Positions 36,995 through 48,200 of a DNA stretch of 64,000 nt are shown piece after piece; position 1 is the first letter of the stretch; every line of letters begins with the position of its first letter. The stretch covers positions 1-64,000 of IMG/VR virus record IMGVR_UViG_3300032291_001296. One strand, written 5' to 3'. The translations under genes and the position numbers were made by a program. This DNA comes from a virus. Under the pieces are notes generated by a model. It was not told where the DNA came from and did not search any database. It was given only the letters and a program-made list of their open reading frames with translations.

Positions 36995-37384
36995 TTAGTG
37001 AACAATTTTAAGAAAGTCTCCTGTACGATATACTTGACCAGCAACTAAGCCAGCAAATAATGCTGCTGCATTATTAGGATATTCAGGAGTTGATAAAGGT
37101 GTAGTTAATACAAGACTCCAATCAGAAGCTCCTGTACCTACAGCTTTAGCAAAATACAGCATAGACTTAGCTGTATTTAAATAAGTTTGTCCTAGATATT
37201 TAGCAGATGTACTAGGAGCAGTTGTACCAGATAGAGGTACTAAATTAGTATTTATCTTACCTAATATAGTAGGTAGGTTGTCCAAAGGAGCAACGTCTAT
37301 GTTAGATAGATAGGAGCCATTGTATATGATGCATAAAGCATTTTCATATGTGGCACATGTTGGGCAAATTGCAGCTGTTCTCAT
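36995..37384 (-). CDS. Virion protein sharing a Cys-containing N-terminal module with the fibre
   Basis: ICPTC..A.CIIY.G..L.I....L..IL.KIN aligns with the fibre's IC..PC..ASCVFYEG..L.I....L..AL.KIN. Confidence 0.65.
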   Translation of the reverse strand: MRTAAICPTCATYENALCIIYNGSYLSNIDVAPLDNLPTILGKINTNLVPLSGTTAPSTSAKYLGQTYLNTAKSMLYFAKAVGTGASDWSLVLTTPLSTPEYPNNAAALFAGLVAGQVYRTGDFLKIVH

Positions 37385-37389
37385 GTGAG

Positions 37390-37397
37390 CAAAGTTA
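37390..37397 (-). promoter_or_regulatory. Bacteroidota -7 promoter element
   Basis: TAACTTTG, 5 nt upstream of ATG 37384. Confidence 0.65.
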
Positions 37398-37453
37398 ATT
37401 ATTAATTATATGTTTTAAAAATGTTGATAGTAAATAGCTGATATAATATAGCG

Positions 37454-40400
37454 TTACTGTGTTCTAGATTCTCCACTCACTCTAATTCCCCATGCTTTAG
37501 CTCCTTCAGGATCAATAAATGGCCAAACTTCTGTTTGCCATTGTGAAAGACCAGGAATCAAATTGAATATAGCTTTTCCAGGATGTGCTTTATCTGGTTC
37601 ATCACCAAACTCTTTTGAGAATTGAATAAACACTCTTTCTACTTTAGTAAGTAATGTAAGTGATGGAAGCACAGATCCTTTTGTCATACCCTCAAATGAA
37701 CGTGGATCATAATAGAATGTCACCTCATCAGAGATTTTATTCAACATTTTAGCCCACCATTTATATCTATTCTTTTCAAGATCTGATGCATCTTCTGGCG
37801 GTTCAGCAGCTTTAGCAGCCATCAATGAAGCCATTAATATAAGTAGAAGTTTAAGTTCTTTCATTTGACTAGTTAATTCTTTTCTCATAAGATCATAGAA
37901 TTCTTCTTTAGTTATATCTAACTCTTGACCAGTCTTTCTAAAATACTCTTGTCTTTTCTCTTCTAGCATATCATCTAGAATTTTCAATCCTTCTTCTGAA
38001 CCATTAATGATTTCTCTTATCTTGAAGATGTTTGTTTTTCCTAAGTAAGCCCAAGTTTTAATGAATGCTCTAGTTCTACCATACTCCCAGTTACCCACCT
38101 CAACATTCTTACTCATCTCACCGATGTGTTCAGAAACTAATTTAGGAATCCATGTTTTAAACATCATGAATGATGTAAGTATAGCATCTCTTCTGTATCC
38201 AGCTTTGTTATCACGATTCATCTGACCATTAAGCTTTCTACCATATTCAACTATCTTAGTTCTGAACTTAGCAAGTTCTTCCTCAGATACACCAGGAATA
38301 ACCACTTCATCACCTTCTATTTTAGCTGTCTTAATTAAAGAAGAAGATTCTCTAAGTTCTTTAACTCTTTGTTCAAATGTTTTTTCTAAGTTTCTTCTTT
38401 CTGATTCAGACATATCATATTTAACTTGTCTGTCTTGTTCAGCTAAGTATTGTCTTATATTTACAATCTTACCATCTTTAACCATTGAGTTTTCAATTAT
38501 ACTCAATGCGTTGGCAAGCTGCATCTTCTTCTCAGGAAAAGCATTAGTTGCCATCATTACATCACTGAATGACCATGTAGATAAGTAATTAAGAAGTCCT
38601 TGTTTCTTAGCAATCTTTCTTCTTTCTTCTGTAACTACATCTTCATTCAAAGGTACCATCATATGTAATAATCCTTTTTCTATTAATGATAGACGATTAC
38701 TTGTAACCTTTGCTTCATTTGGAAGAAAATCTGTCCAGAATTTGTAAAGTCCACCAGCATTAATATATGCTTGGAAGTTACCACCAAATGCATTAGCTGT
38801 AGCAATAAGAGGTTTAAGACCTACACCAAGTGCTCTTACTAATGTATCTGCATTTCTAAGTCCTTTCTTAAGATTCACTACAGATTTTTGTTTTCCTTCT
38901 TCTGTCTTACTAAGTTTACCAGCAATGTTAGCTATACCTATATTACCAATAGATGAAAGATCTTGTTCTAATTTATATAATCCATCATCTACAACAGCTT
39001 CTAAAATAGCATAGTTTCTATTTTCTTGTTGTACTATTGGTCTGTTAGAAGAATCAAACTGAACACTTCCATTTTCATCTAGAACTAATGATCCTTTAGC
39101 ATTCTCTACAGCAAGAAGAGTTTGAAGTGTGTCTTCTAAATTAATAGCACTTTCATAATCTAATAAAGCTTTTATCCATAGAGTACCCACTTTGTTAAGA
39201 TCTGTAGACAATTGATTTACAGCTTTATCTGTCTTAGTGAAATACTTAGGTATAACTTTTTTCACCTTACCTGTCTCAGGATCTATCTTAGACATGTTTT
39301 GTTCTTCATTGATTCTTGATGAATAAAGTCCTTTAAAGAAATCTCCTGTCTCACCAAGAATATTAGATGTGTTTCCAAACTTCTCTAATGTAGTAGCTTC
39401 TATTAATGGGAAGAACGATATAGATTTGTTTTGAAGATAACCTAATTGTTTACCTTTCTCATTCAATGCTGTTAAGAACTTCCACATATTTAATGCAGCT
39501 TCATTCTTAGCCATGTTCTCATATTCTTTAGAATAATGCCCTTCTTCAATCATTGCTTGATTAAACAATCTATTGAAATTATAATCATTGTACCCATTGA
39601 ACTTTTCTCTATTAATATCAATAGAGTTTCTAAGATTTGATTTATGCATTTCTTTTAAACGAACATTCTCTTCATTGTCTAAAGAATATACAGTGTTATT
39701 TATTACTTGTAAGTTTTTATCAATGTATTCTTTTGCTAATGTATTGAACTTATCCATGTCCATTACAGACATAAGAAAACCTTTATCTTTATCTGTCTTA
39801 GCTTCTTTCACTTCATCTAAGAAGTCTTTATCTATCTTCTTAATTAACTCAGGTCCAGATGGTGTCATCTTACCTATTAAATCAAATGCATTTTTACCTT
39901 GCTGACGTGCTGATTGTTCTAATGGAATAAGTAAGTCACCAAATGTTTTTATTTGTTTAGATGCTTCTCTATTAACCATAGATGCAGCATTCATCAATAA
40001 GTTAGAAGCAAGCTTAACTAATTTTGCAGAAAGCTTTGTTCCCTCAGCCCATGTTTTAGCCCAAGCACTTATTTGTGCTTCAGCTTCTGTAACACTCATC
40101 TTATTTGTTTCAGAAACAATACCTTGTTTAACAGCAAGATTAGCTGTATAGATTTTCATTAAATCAAGTATCTTCTCTTGCATTCTTGCAGTGCTCTTAG
40201 TAATATCTTCAAGTCCAGCAAGTACTTTCTTGTTCTCTTCTGTCATACCTTGTTTAGGGTATTGAGAAAGAAACACTTCATCCATAGAAGCAAACTTGTT
40301 TGCACTCTTTTGGTATTCTAATAACTCTTTTAATCCTTGTTTAAGAGCTGCTTCATCTAAGTTATTGTAATCTAGTTTTTCAAAATCAGCAATAGTGGTC

Positions 40401-42196
40401 TTAGCATTGTCTAAGAATGTCTTAGCAACATTATATAAAGGTTCGAAGTTTAACTTAACATGTAAGTTACGTATAGCTCTACTAAGTTGTTCAAGCTGTT
40501 GTCTTCTAGCAAATTCTTTTTCTTCTGCTCCACCTTTCTTATATAGCTTCTCATAGTGACTTTGTAATGAGTTTACAAGACTATCTACTTGTGAATTACC
40601 TGTACTCTCAGCTAATGAAGGAACAGGAAGCAAATACATATTTGTTTCTTTCACTGCATCAAGCTTACCTATCTCAATACTTGTTGGAACAAGTGGAGAT
40701 TTTTTATCTGATGGTACAGAGTTTTCATAGTTTAATATGAAAGGAATCATTCTAGCTTTACCTATCTGATCTCTTCTAAGTCCATAGTTTTGATCAATAG
40801 TGGTGTACTCAGCCATTTGAGGAACCCACTCTCTAATCTTAAACCAAGATAGGTCAGCGTTTTCTTTACTCTTATCTACAGTGGTGAATTTCCAGTCAAG
40901 TGTATCCACTTTGAAATCTTGTGTACCATCACTTTTTTTAACAGGATATACAGCTTTGAAATCCACTGCAGAAGCAATCATACCTTTCACTTTAGTATTA
41001 ACCACTTTTTTCTCTATAAGAAATCTAGTTCCTTCTGGGTAGGAGTTAATTAATGTTTGTGCAAATTCTCCAAGTTTAATTTGAAGACCTGCACTAAGTT
41101 TAGATGAAATAGGAGTGCTACCAAATTCATCTCTTATGTATCCATCTTTATCTATAAGATTAGTAAGAATATATTGTTCTATGAATCTATGTCCTTCTGA
41201 TCCCCAATCTCTTTTTTGTTCATCTACAAGTTTTTCAGCATCTGTTCTTTCAAACTTCTTATTGAATAGAGCTTTAACTTTCTCTGTTACAGATTGAGCC
41301 ACTCTTGTTCCTTGATATTTGTAATGTCGTTTATCTTCAACTGAATCAGGGAATAACTCAAGACTATCATTATGTTCATTAACTGTATTAACATAATCAT
41401 CCATTCTTTTCTTAACATCATCATCTATGTTAAAGAATATTCCCTTTTCTTTTATATCAGCAAATGTACCAATCACTTTACCATCTACAATTGTATAAGC
41501 TGCAGTGTTGAATATATCAATATTAGATTTGCTATACACTCCTCTAATATAATCAAGAATAGTTTCCCACCATCTTTGAATCATTGATCTAGTTTCTTCT
41601 TGCATTAAATCTGAAGAAGTATTTGGATCTCCAGGAGTATAATCAAGTACTTGAGCTATAAGTTGGTCAACAGCTTCTTTTTTAATCTTACGAATGTTTG
41701 GTTTACCATCAGGTAGTTGATATTCTTTTATTCCTTTATATTTATCAAAAACTTGTTTGTAGATTTTGAATCTATCTATCTTACTAATAAGTTCTGTTAT
41801 AAGTCTTGGATTAGTTTGTTCTAGAATAGCTGTAGCAACGTGAATGATCTCTTGTGATACAACTACATCTTCCACTCCTTGTGCAACAGCTATCACTCCT
41901 TTAACAAGATCAGAAAGTCCAGTTACACCTTTTAAATCTATATCTGGATTATGTTTAGCATAATCGTCTAATGATACAAAGTCTATGCCCATTTCTTTAG
42001 CAGAAGCTTTTAAAACATCTAGCGTTTGCTTTGATGATTTATCTTCTTTGACAATATCTGATAGCTTAGGAAAGTTATCTAAACCATTAGATTCCTGCCA
42101 CAAAGAAACCTTTGCAGCAAGAACTATTGGATTGATATTAGATTGTTCAGCTAGTGCTTTGAACTCTGGTGAGTTTTTATTTATGCAATGTGCCAT
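37454..42196 (-). CDS. Large virion cargo/ejection protein with a degenerate zincin-like segment and a PD-(D/E)XK-like domain
   Basis: 1580 aa with QEIIH..E, G.EGH..E..VDF..DWK..Q..EY and a helical C-terminus. It follows the vRNAP gene. Confidence 0.6.
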   Translation of the reverse strand: MAHCINKNSPEFKALAEQSNINPIVLAAKVSLWQESNGLDNFPKLSDIVKEDKSSKQTLDVLKASAKEMGIDFVSLDDYAKHNPDIDLKGVTGLSDLVKGVIAVAQGVEDVVVSQEIIHVATAILEQTNPRLITELISKIDRFKIYKQVFDKYKGIKEYQLPDGKPNIRKIKKEAVDQLIAQVLDYTPGDPNTSSDLMQEETRSMIQRWWETILDYIRGVYSKSNIDIFNTAAYTIVDGKVIGTFADIKEKGIFFNIDDDVKKRMDDYVNTVNEHNDSLELFPDSVEDKRHYKYQGTRVAQSVTEKVKALFNKKFERTDAEKLVDEQKRDWGSEGHRFIEQYILTNLIDKDGYIRDEFGSTPISSKLSAGLQIKLGEFAQTLINSYPEGTRFLIEKKVVNTKVKGMIASAVDFKAVYPVKKSDGTQDFKVDTLDWKFTTVDKSKENADLSWFKIREWVPQMAEYTTIDQNYGLRRDQIGKARMIPFILNYENSVPSDKKSPLVPTSIEIGKLDAVKETNMYLLPVPSLAESTGNSQVDSLVNSLQSHYEKLYKKGGAEEKEFARRQQLEQLSRAIRNLHVKLNFEPLYNVAKTFLDNAKTTIADFEKLDYNNLDEAALKQGLKELLEYQKSANKFASMDEVFLSQYPKQGMTEENKKVLAGLEDITKSTARMQEKILDLMKIYTANLAVKQGIVSETNKMSVTEAEAQISAWAKTWAEGTKLSAKLVKLASNLLMNAASMVNREASKQIKTFGDLLIPLEQSARQQGKNAFDLIGKMTPSGPELIKKIDKDFLDEVKEAKTDKDKGFLMSVMDMDKFNTLAKEYIDKNLQVINNTVYSLDNEENVRLKEMHKSNLRNSIDINREKFNGYNDYNFNRLFNQAMIEEGHYSKEYENMAKNEAALNMWKFLTALNEKGKQLGYLQNKSISFFPLIEATTLEKFGNTSNILGETGDFFKGLYSSRINEEQNMSKIDPETGKVKKVIPKYFTKTDKAVNQLSTDLNKVGTLWIKALLDYESAINLEDTLQTLLAVENAKGSLVLDENGSVQFDSSNRPIVQQENRNYAILEAVVDDGLYKLEQDLSSIGNIGIANIAGKLSKTEEGKQKSVVNLKKGLRNADTLVRALGVGLKPLIATANAFGGNFQAYINAGGLYKFWTDFLPNEAKVTSNRLSLIEKGLLHMMVPLNEDVVTEERRKIAKKQGLLNYLSTWSFSDVMMATNAFPEKKMQLANALSIIENSMVKDGKIVNIRQYLAEQDRQVKYDMSESERRNLEKTFEQRVKELRESSSLIKTAKIEGDEVVIPGVSEEELAKFRTKIVEYGRKLNGQMNRDNKAGYRRDAILTSFMMFKTWIPKLVSEHIGEMSKNVEVGNWEYGRTRAFIKTWAYLGKTNIFKIREIINGSEEGLKILDDMLEEKRQEYFRKTGQELDITKEEFYDLMRKELTSQMKELKLLLILMASLMAAKAAEPPEDASDLEKNRYKWWAKMLNKISDEVTFYYDPRSFEGMTKGSVLPSLTLLTKVERVFIQFSKEFGDEPDKAHPGKAIFNLIPGLSQWQTEVWPFIDPEGAKAWGIRVSGESRTQ

Positions 42197-42205
42197 TTGA
42201 TATTA

Positions 42206-45200
42206 TTATTGATTACAACCTTGATCTTCTTGGTCTTTTATAGTTTTCTTTTCTTCAGGAGTTGTAGCATCCCATTCTTCTTGTGTTACACTATCAGGTT
42301 TTTCACTTACAGTTTCTGTAGGTTCAACTATCACTTCAGAAATACCTTGATATATCATTACAACATCATTGTCACTCACCTCACCTGATTTGATTTGTTT
42401 ACCTTGAGCATCTGTAGCTTTCTCTACTTTCTCATATCCATTATCTAATACAGATGATCTTTCGTAATCATAATATTCCTGAGCTCTGAATGAATCTCCC
42501 CATGCGTTGATAGCTTTGAAGATGTGTTTCACATACACCTTTCCATTTTTTTCAGTTACATCAACCAATGGAATTGGATTACCTTTCTCGTCTTTTGTAT
42601 ATACTTTTTGTAATAACACTTTATGTATGTGAGAGTAGTCTCCATTTTTCTTTCTTTTCATTCTTTCTGCATAAGGAATAGAATCTTCCCAGCTATATGT
42701 AATGAAATCATTTCTTCCATCACCAAAAGGACTAATACCTATCACCATTGGAAGAGCTCCATTATTCATAGCTTTCTTCAATTGTCCAGGTGTAAAGTAT
42801 TGATTAGGATCATATAAGTTAGCACCTCTTCCATAATTAGATTTATTCAATAGCATCTTAGCTTTCATAAATGGAATGATGGTATAATTATTCCAGTTAT
42901 TTCTTTCAAAAACACGTAGCTTTTGGAAGTCAGCTAAGTTAGGCATATTTTCTAAATTAGACAATGTTTGATTATATATTTCTTTGAAATCTTTATAAGG
43001 AAGAAGGTTAGTGAAAGCAATAGGAGAATTAGTAAGTCCTGATTGAATTACAGCAAGTCTTACAAGTTTTCCATAAAGATCTTTTCCTTCACCATCTAAA
43101 TACTTTTTCAATTCTTCAAATCCATATATGATAAGGTTTTGATCATACACTTTATTATCTCTTCCTGCAATATATAGATTATCAGCTTTACCTTCTTTAA
43201 TACCAGCTTCCATCTTAATAGAGTTAAGAATGATGTTATTGAATAATGGATGATCCTCTTTAGGAGCAATTCCTTTGTGTTTGTTTCCTAATATAGAATC
43301 TCTGAAGTTAATGATCTGTTGAGCAGCACTTTCTTTTGTACTGGTTCCTAATAATATATTTGCAACATTAATATTAATGTTTCTATCAGTTTGTACAGCC
43401 CAGTCAAAAAGATCATTCACTGCTTTCTGACTCACCTTAACAAACTCTCTATCACTTAGTTTCACATAAGGAGTTAACACTTCTTCCATTACAGATCTTA
43501 CATTAACTTTATCAGATATAAGGATTTCAGAAAACGCATCTCTTACATTAAATATAGTGTCTTTAAGAACTCCTTTAAATGAACTACTTAATAGTTTATC
43601 TACAGAAGAGATGATAGATTTTCTAGCTTTCTCTAATTGAAGTCTTTTCTTAAATACTATATATGGATCATTGATTACAGCAGTATCAAAGTTAGATCCT
43701 TGTACTACATCAAACAATTGAGATGCCATTTTAGAATACTTGATAAACTCTTTTAGTATGTATTGCTGTTGTAGTTTTTGAATACCATCCATTTCATTTT
43801 TCATTCCAGCTTTATTATACTTAAGCATTTTAAATAGATCAGCTTCTGATGGAATTCCAGAAATAGTAGGTCTTTGTTTAACAGGTATAGATGATTCATA
43901 TGCCTCTAATGTAGAGTTCATTATACCATCATTAAATAACCACGTGTATCCATTGTTATCTAATGAACGTAGGTAGTCTTTAATGATAGGTTGGTTCATG
44001 AAATACGCAACAGTATTTACAGGTACACCAACTTTAATTAAGAATAACCAAGTGGAAGCTACGTTTTGTGTAGCACCAAGTCTCATAATCCATGGACCCT
44101 TAGAGATATCCACATATCCATCTATGAACTGTCCAATGATATCAGATATATATTTACCAGCTTTGTTCTTAATTAATGATAGAGTAGGTCTTATTTTACC
44201 ATCAACTACAATTGTATTATACTCTTCAAAGTTAATATTTGGATCAGTAGCAAATGTATTTGAAAGTGGATTACCACCTAGTATTTCTCTATCTACAGGG
44301 TCAACATCTTTTAATTTATCAAAATCAATATATGTTGCAACACGTTGATTATCAGCATTGTTAGTTTGACCAGTAGCAGCAATACCAATTGCATATTTAC
44401 CAGATACAAACGCTTGTCTTAAAGCAGACATAAATGTTCTACTTAACATGTTTCCTACATTACCATAGTCAATCTCTGGATTACCCATCTCTTCATTAAT
44501 CTCTATAGATAGATTCTTCATCTCATCTGCAGAGTTAGGTTTGATTAAGTTTTCAAAGTTTGATTCATGACTAACTAAGTTCTGTAATGATTGAATATAT
44601 GCATTCTCAAGAGATTGTTTATACCATACCTCTGCTTGTTGTTCTGCCCAAACTTCAGTTAATGCTTCATCTGTAAGCTTTTCTAATTTTCCTTGTTTCT
44701 CTTGGATAGTTTTAATTAATTGAGCTTGTACCTCATCAGCATCTAATTGACCATCTTGAACTTGTTCTGGGAACCAATCAGTGATGATAGGTAACCATTT
44801 GTTTCTAGTGTAGTCATCAGCTGTACTATCTATAATATTTTGGAATATTTCATAAGTACCTTTAGATGAGTTTACAGATTTTGCTTGTTTGTAGATTTCT
44901 GCATTATTATTTTCAATAGCTATAGCTTTGAATTTATCAATAGCTTGTTGACCATATCCTAAGAAAGGAACCATTCTTAATTTTCCTGAAGCATCAGAAT
45001 ATACATTCTTTAAGTAGATCGATAATTTATCGATATCAAAATCCGATCCAACCTTCTTAACAAGAGCTGAAGGAACAACAACGTTATCACCAAAGTCTTT
45101 TGGTAAGAATTGTTTGATAACAAAACTATCAATAGAGTTTTGTTTCTGTGTAGGAATACGATATCCAATACCAGATAATATAGACTTACCTTCGTCTGTA

Positions 45201-48200
45201 TCGTTTAGATAATCAAGAAGTTCTTTATCTGACATGTTTCTAGTTTGAGCATTGTCAAACCATCTAGAAATCATTATCTCACATACACGCTCACCATCTG
45301 CATTTTTATAAAACTTAAGTATATCAGATGTATAGCTGTATTTAACATTTCCTTTCTTGTCTTTGAATTCTTTTCCTTGAATACGATTAGACTCAAGAAG
45401 TGTAGAAGGAATCTGTACCTTCATACCTCCTGTTATTTTTTGAGAAGCAATGTTTTTATCAGCAATAGAATAAAGAATATTTCTAATTTGTTGGTATGCA
45501 GGAGTAGCTTCTAATACAACATCACCAGATTTAAATCCTTCAAGAGCGTCAGTGATATTATCATTCACCTCTCTCTTCAATATCTCATCACTTAATGTTT
45601 TGATCAGTTTGTCTTTATCTAATATGGTGAATGTAGCTTTACCATTTTCATCAACTCCTTGTGTAATACCAAGTTTTTTCAATAGAGTTTTATATCCTTC
45701 CTCTATCTTAGCTTCAAGAAGTCTTTGGTTGTTTGCTATCTCTTTGTATAATGGAGAAGCTTTTTCTTTTTCTGCTTCTGTTTTAAGCTCACCCCATGCA
45801 ACAAAACGTTCATTGATATCTTCAATAACATTTCCTTTCTTATCTTTAATCTCAAAGTCAATTGGTACACCAGCATCCATGAAGTCCATGGTTACAAGTT
45901 TTGTAATCTGAGATCCTTGAGTTACTACTGGGTTATCTTTAGAAGGAACCTCAGTTTGTAATCCCATAATAGAGAATGGAATGTTATTTAACTCTTTAAA
46001 AGAAGCTTCATTGAATTCTCCTGAAGGAAGATAAAGAGGAGTAGCTTCACCAGCTCCCACTTTTCTACCTGATGCATATACAGCATAATCTGCATTCTCT
46101 CTTTGCATTTTATTATACATCTTAATTGCATTTGAATCAGGATTTAATTCATGCATTATTCTAAATGATAATGGAACCAAAGCGAACTTATCTAATACAA
46201 CATCATTGTAGTTTTGTCCATCCACTTTATTTCCTGATACAATAGGTTTAATAGCAGTGTAAAGACTTCTTATGTTAGGATTTTTTCCAACGTATCTAAC
46301 TTCACCAGATGAGTCAGTTGTCTTTTTAATATTAAATGCTTTCTCCTCATCAGTAAGAACAAGTCCTTGATTTCTTTTTTCTTCTTCTGTTAACCCTTCG
46401 CCTTTAACAACTTTCTCATATGCTATATCATATCTATATTGTTTCTCTTTAGCATCATTCCATTGACCTGTACGAAGAAGGAATACACGAGTTGCTTTCA
46501 ATGAAATCAATCCACCACCATCTGTTTCTTCATATGCTTTCATGTATTCTTCAAAGTCTGCAGTAGAGAATACATCATCAATCACTGTAGATACAAAATG
46601 ATCTACATTCATATCTGTATATCCTATATCTCCAGGAGCAAACCCTTTATTGTATTGCTCATTTAATGCAGAATTAACTTTGTTAGAACCATATAATAAA
46701 GCTTGTCTAGGTGAGTTAAAGTTTTTAATACGTTTCAACTCATCATTATATTGATAAGGATCTGAATAAACAAGTTTATGCATCTCTATATTAGCTATCA
46801 TATAGTTAGTAGATAACACTTTCAACTTGTTCTCATATTCTTCTTTTGATAAAACATCATCTTCAGAGAATGATAATCCTTCAGTTTCTACTCCTTCAGC
46901 AGTCGTGTATACAGCACCAAATTCTCTAAGTACTCTATCTGTAGTTGATGCATCTTGAGCTATGAAACTATTAACAGCAGCGTTTATTTCTTTCTTATTA
47001 TCTTCATATAGTTTTTCTGCAGATTTTTTAGAATTAGTTTTAGACATAATCTGATTATGTAGCTTATCTCCTAGAATAGATTTGAAGAAACGTAAGTCTG
47101 TTGATTTTCTATCACCAACTACTTTTCTTCCATCTCTAGCAAGTGCCACTTCAGCCATAAAATAATTTCTAAAAATCTCTAAGTGCTTACCATTTTTAAA
47201 TGCTTCTTCTGTAACAAATGGATCATCCTCATTATGCATCTTAATAGCATGCTCAATAGAAGCATCTCCTGGTACAAGGTTCTCATATATACCTCCTAGG
47301 TTAAGATTGATTCCTTGTAAGAATCTTTGTTTAGCAGAAAGCTTAGAACTCTCTTTCTTGTTACCAGTTTGTTCATTAACTGTTCCATCAATGAACACAG
47401 GTTTCATAAGATCTTCTGTACCAGCAATACGTCCACCATCACCATCTTCTGCTAAGTCAAACATCTTATTTAACATCACGCTACTATCTTTAGCAAATAC
47501 GTCTGTTAATAAATAGCTGTATGAAGAGAACCCTTTAGTTGCATCATTTAACTGTCTGATGTTACTTAATTTAGAAAGTACATCATGAATAGAACTAATA
47601 GCATTAGTTCCAATAAATGATTGTGTACGCTCTCCATTGATATTGAAATATGTACTTTCAAAATCAGGGTTTTCAAGAATAGCTTTTATAGTTCCTAATT
47701 GAGTAAGACGTTTATCTATATCCAATGTCTTAGCACTAAGTGTAGCAACATCTTCTAATCCAGCTAAACTTTTTTGAATTCCTTCTACAGCTTTTCTAAA
47801 TAATCTAAGTTGATCAGGATTCAAACTATTTTTAATTTGGTCTCCAGTCATTGGTTTTTTAGAATCTCCTATGATAAAGTTTATTCCCATACCTTGCAAG
47901 AATGCAACATATTGATCTAATTGACCTGAATTAAATTTAATGTTTTTAGTAATTGTTTTAGGATTGTATTTTTGTGTTTTAGTGTTGTAGAATAAATAAT
48001 CATTGTTATCTGTTCTAGTTGCTTCAATGATGTTATTAATCATCTCACGCTTAGCTTGTCTAGCAGCTCCACTTAATACAGAGTTACCAATCACCACTTC
48101 ACCTGAAGGAAGAATAAACACTGTAACAACATCTGCATTCTGTTTCTTCATTGCGTTCCAGAAAGCTGTCATTAATTGAAGATCATGTTGTTTCAATGAA

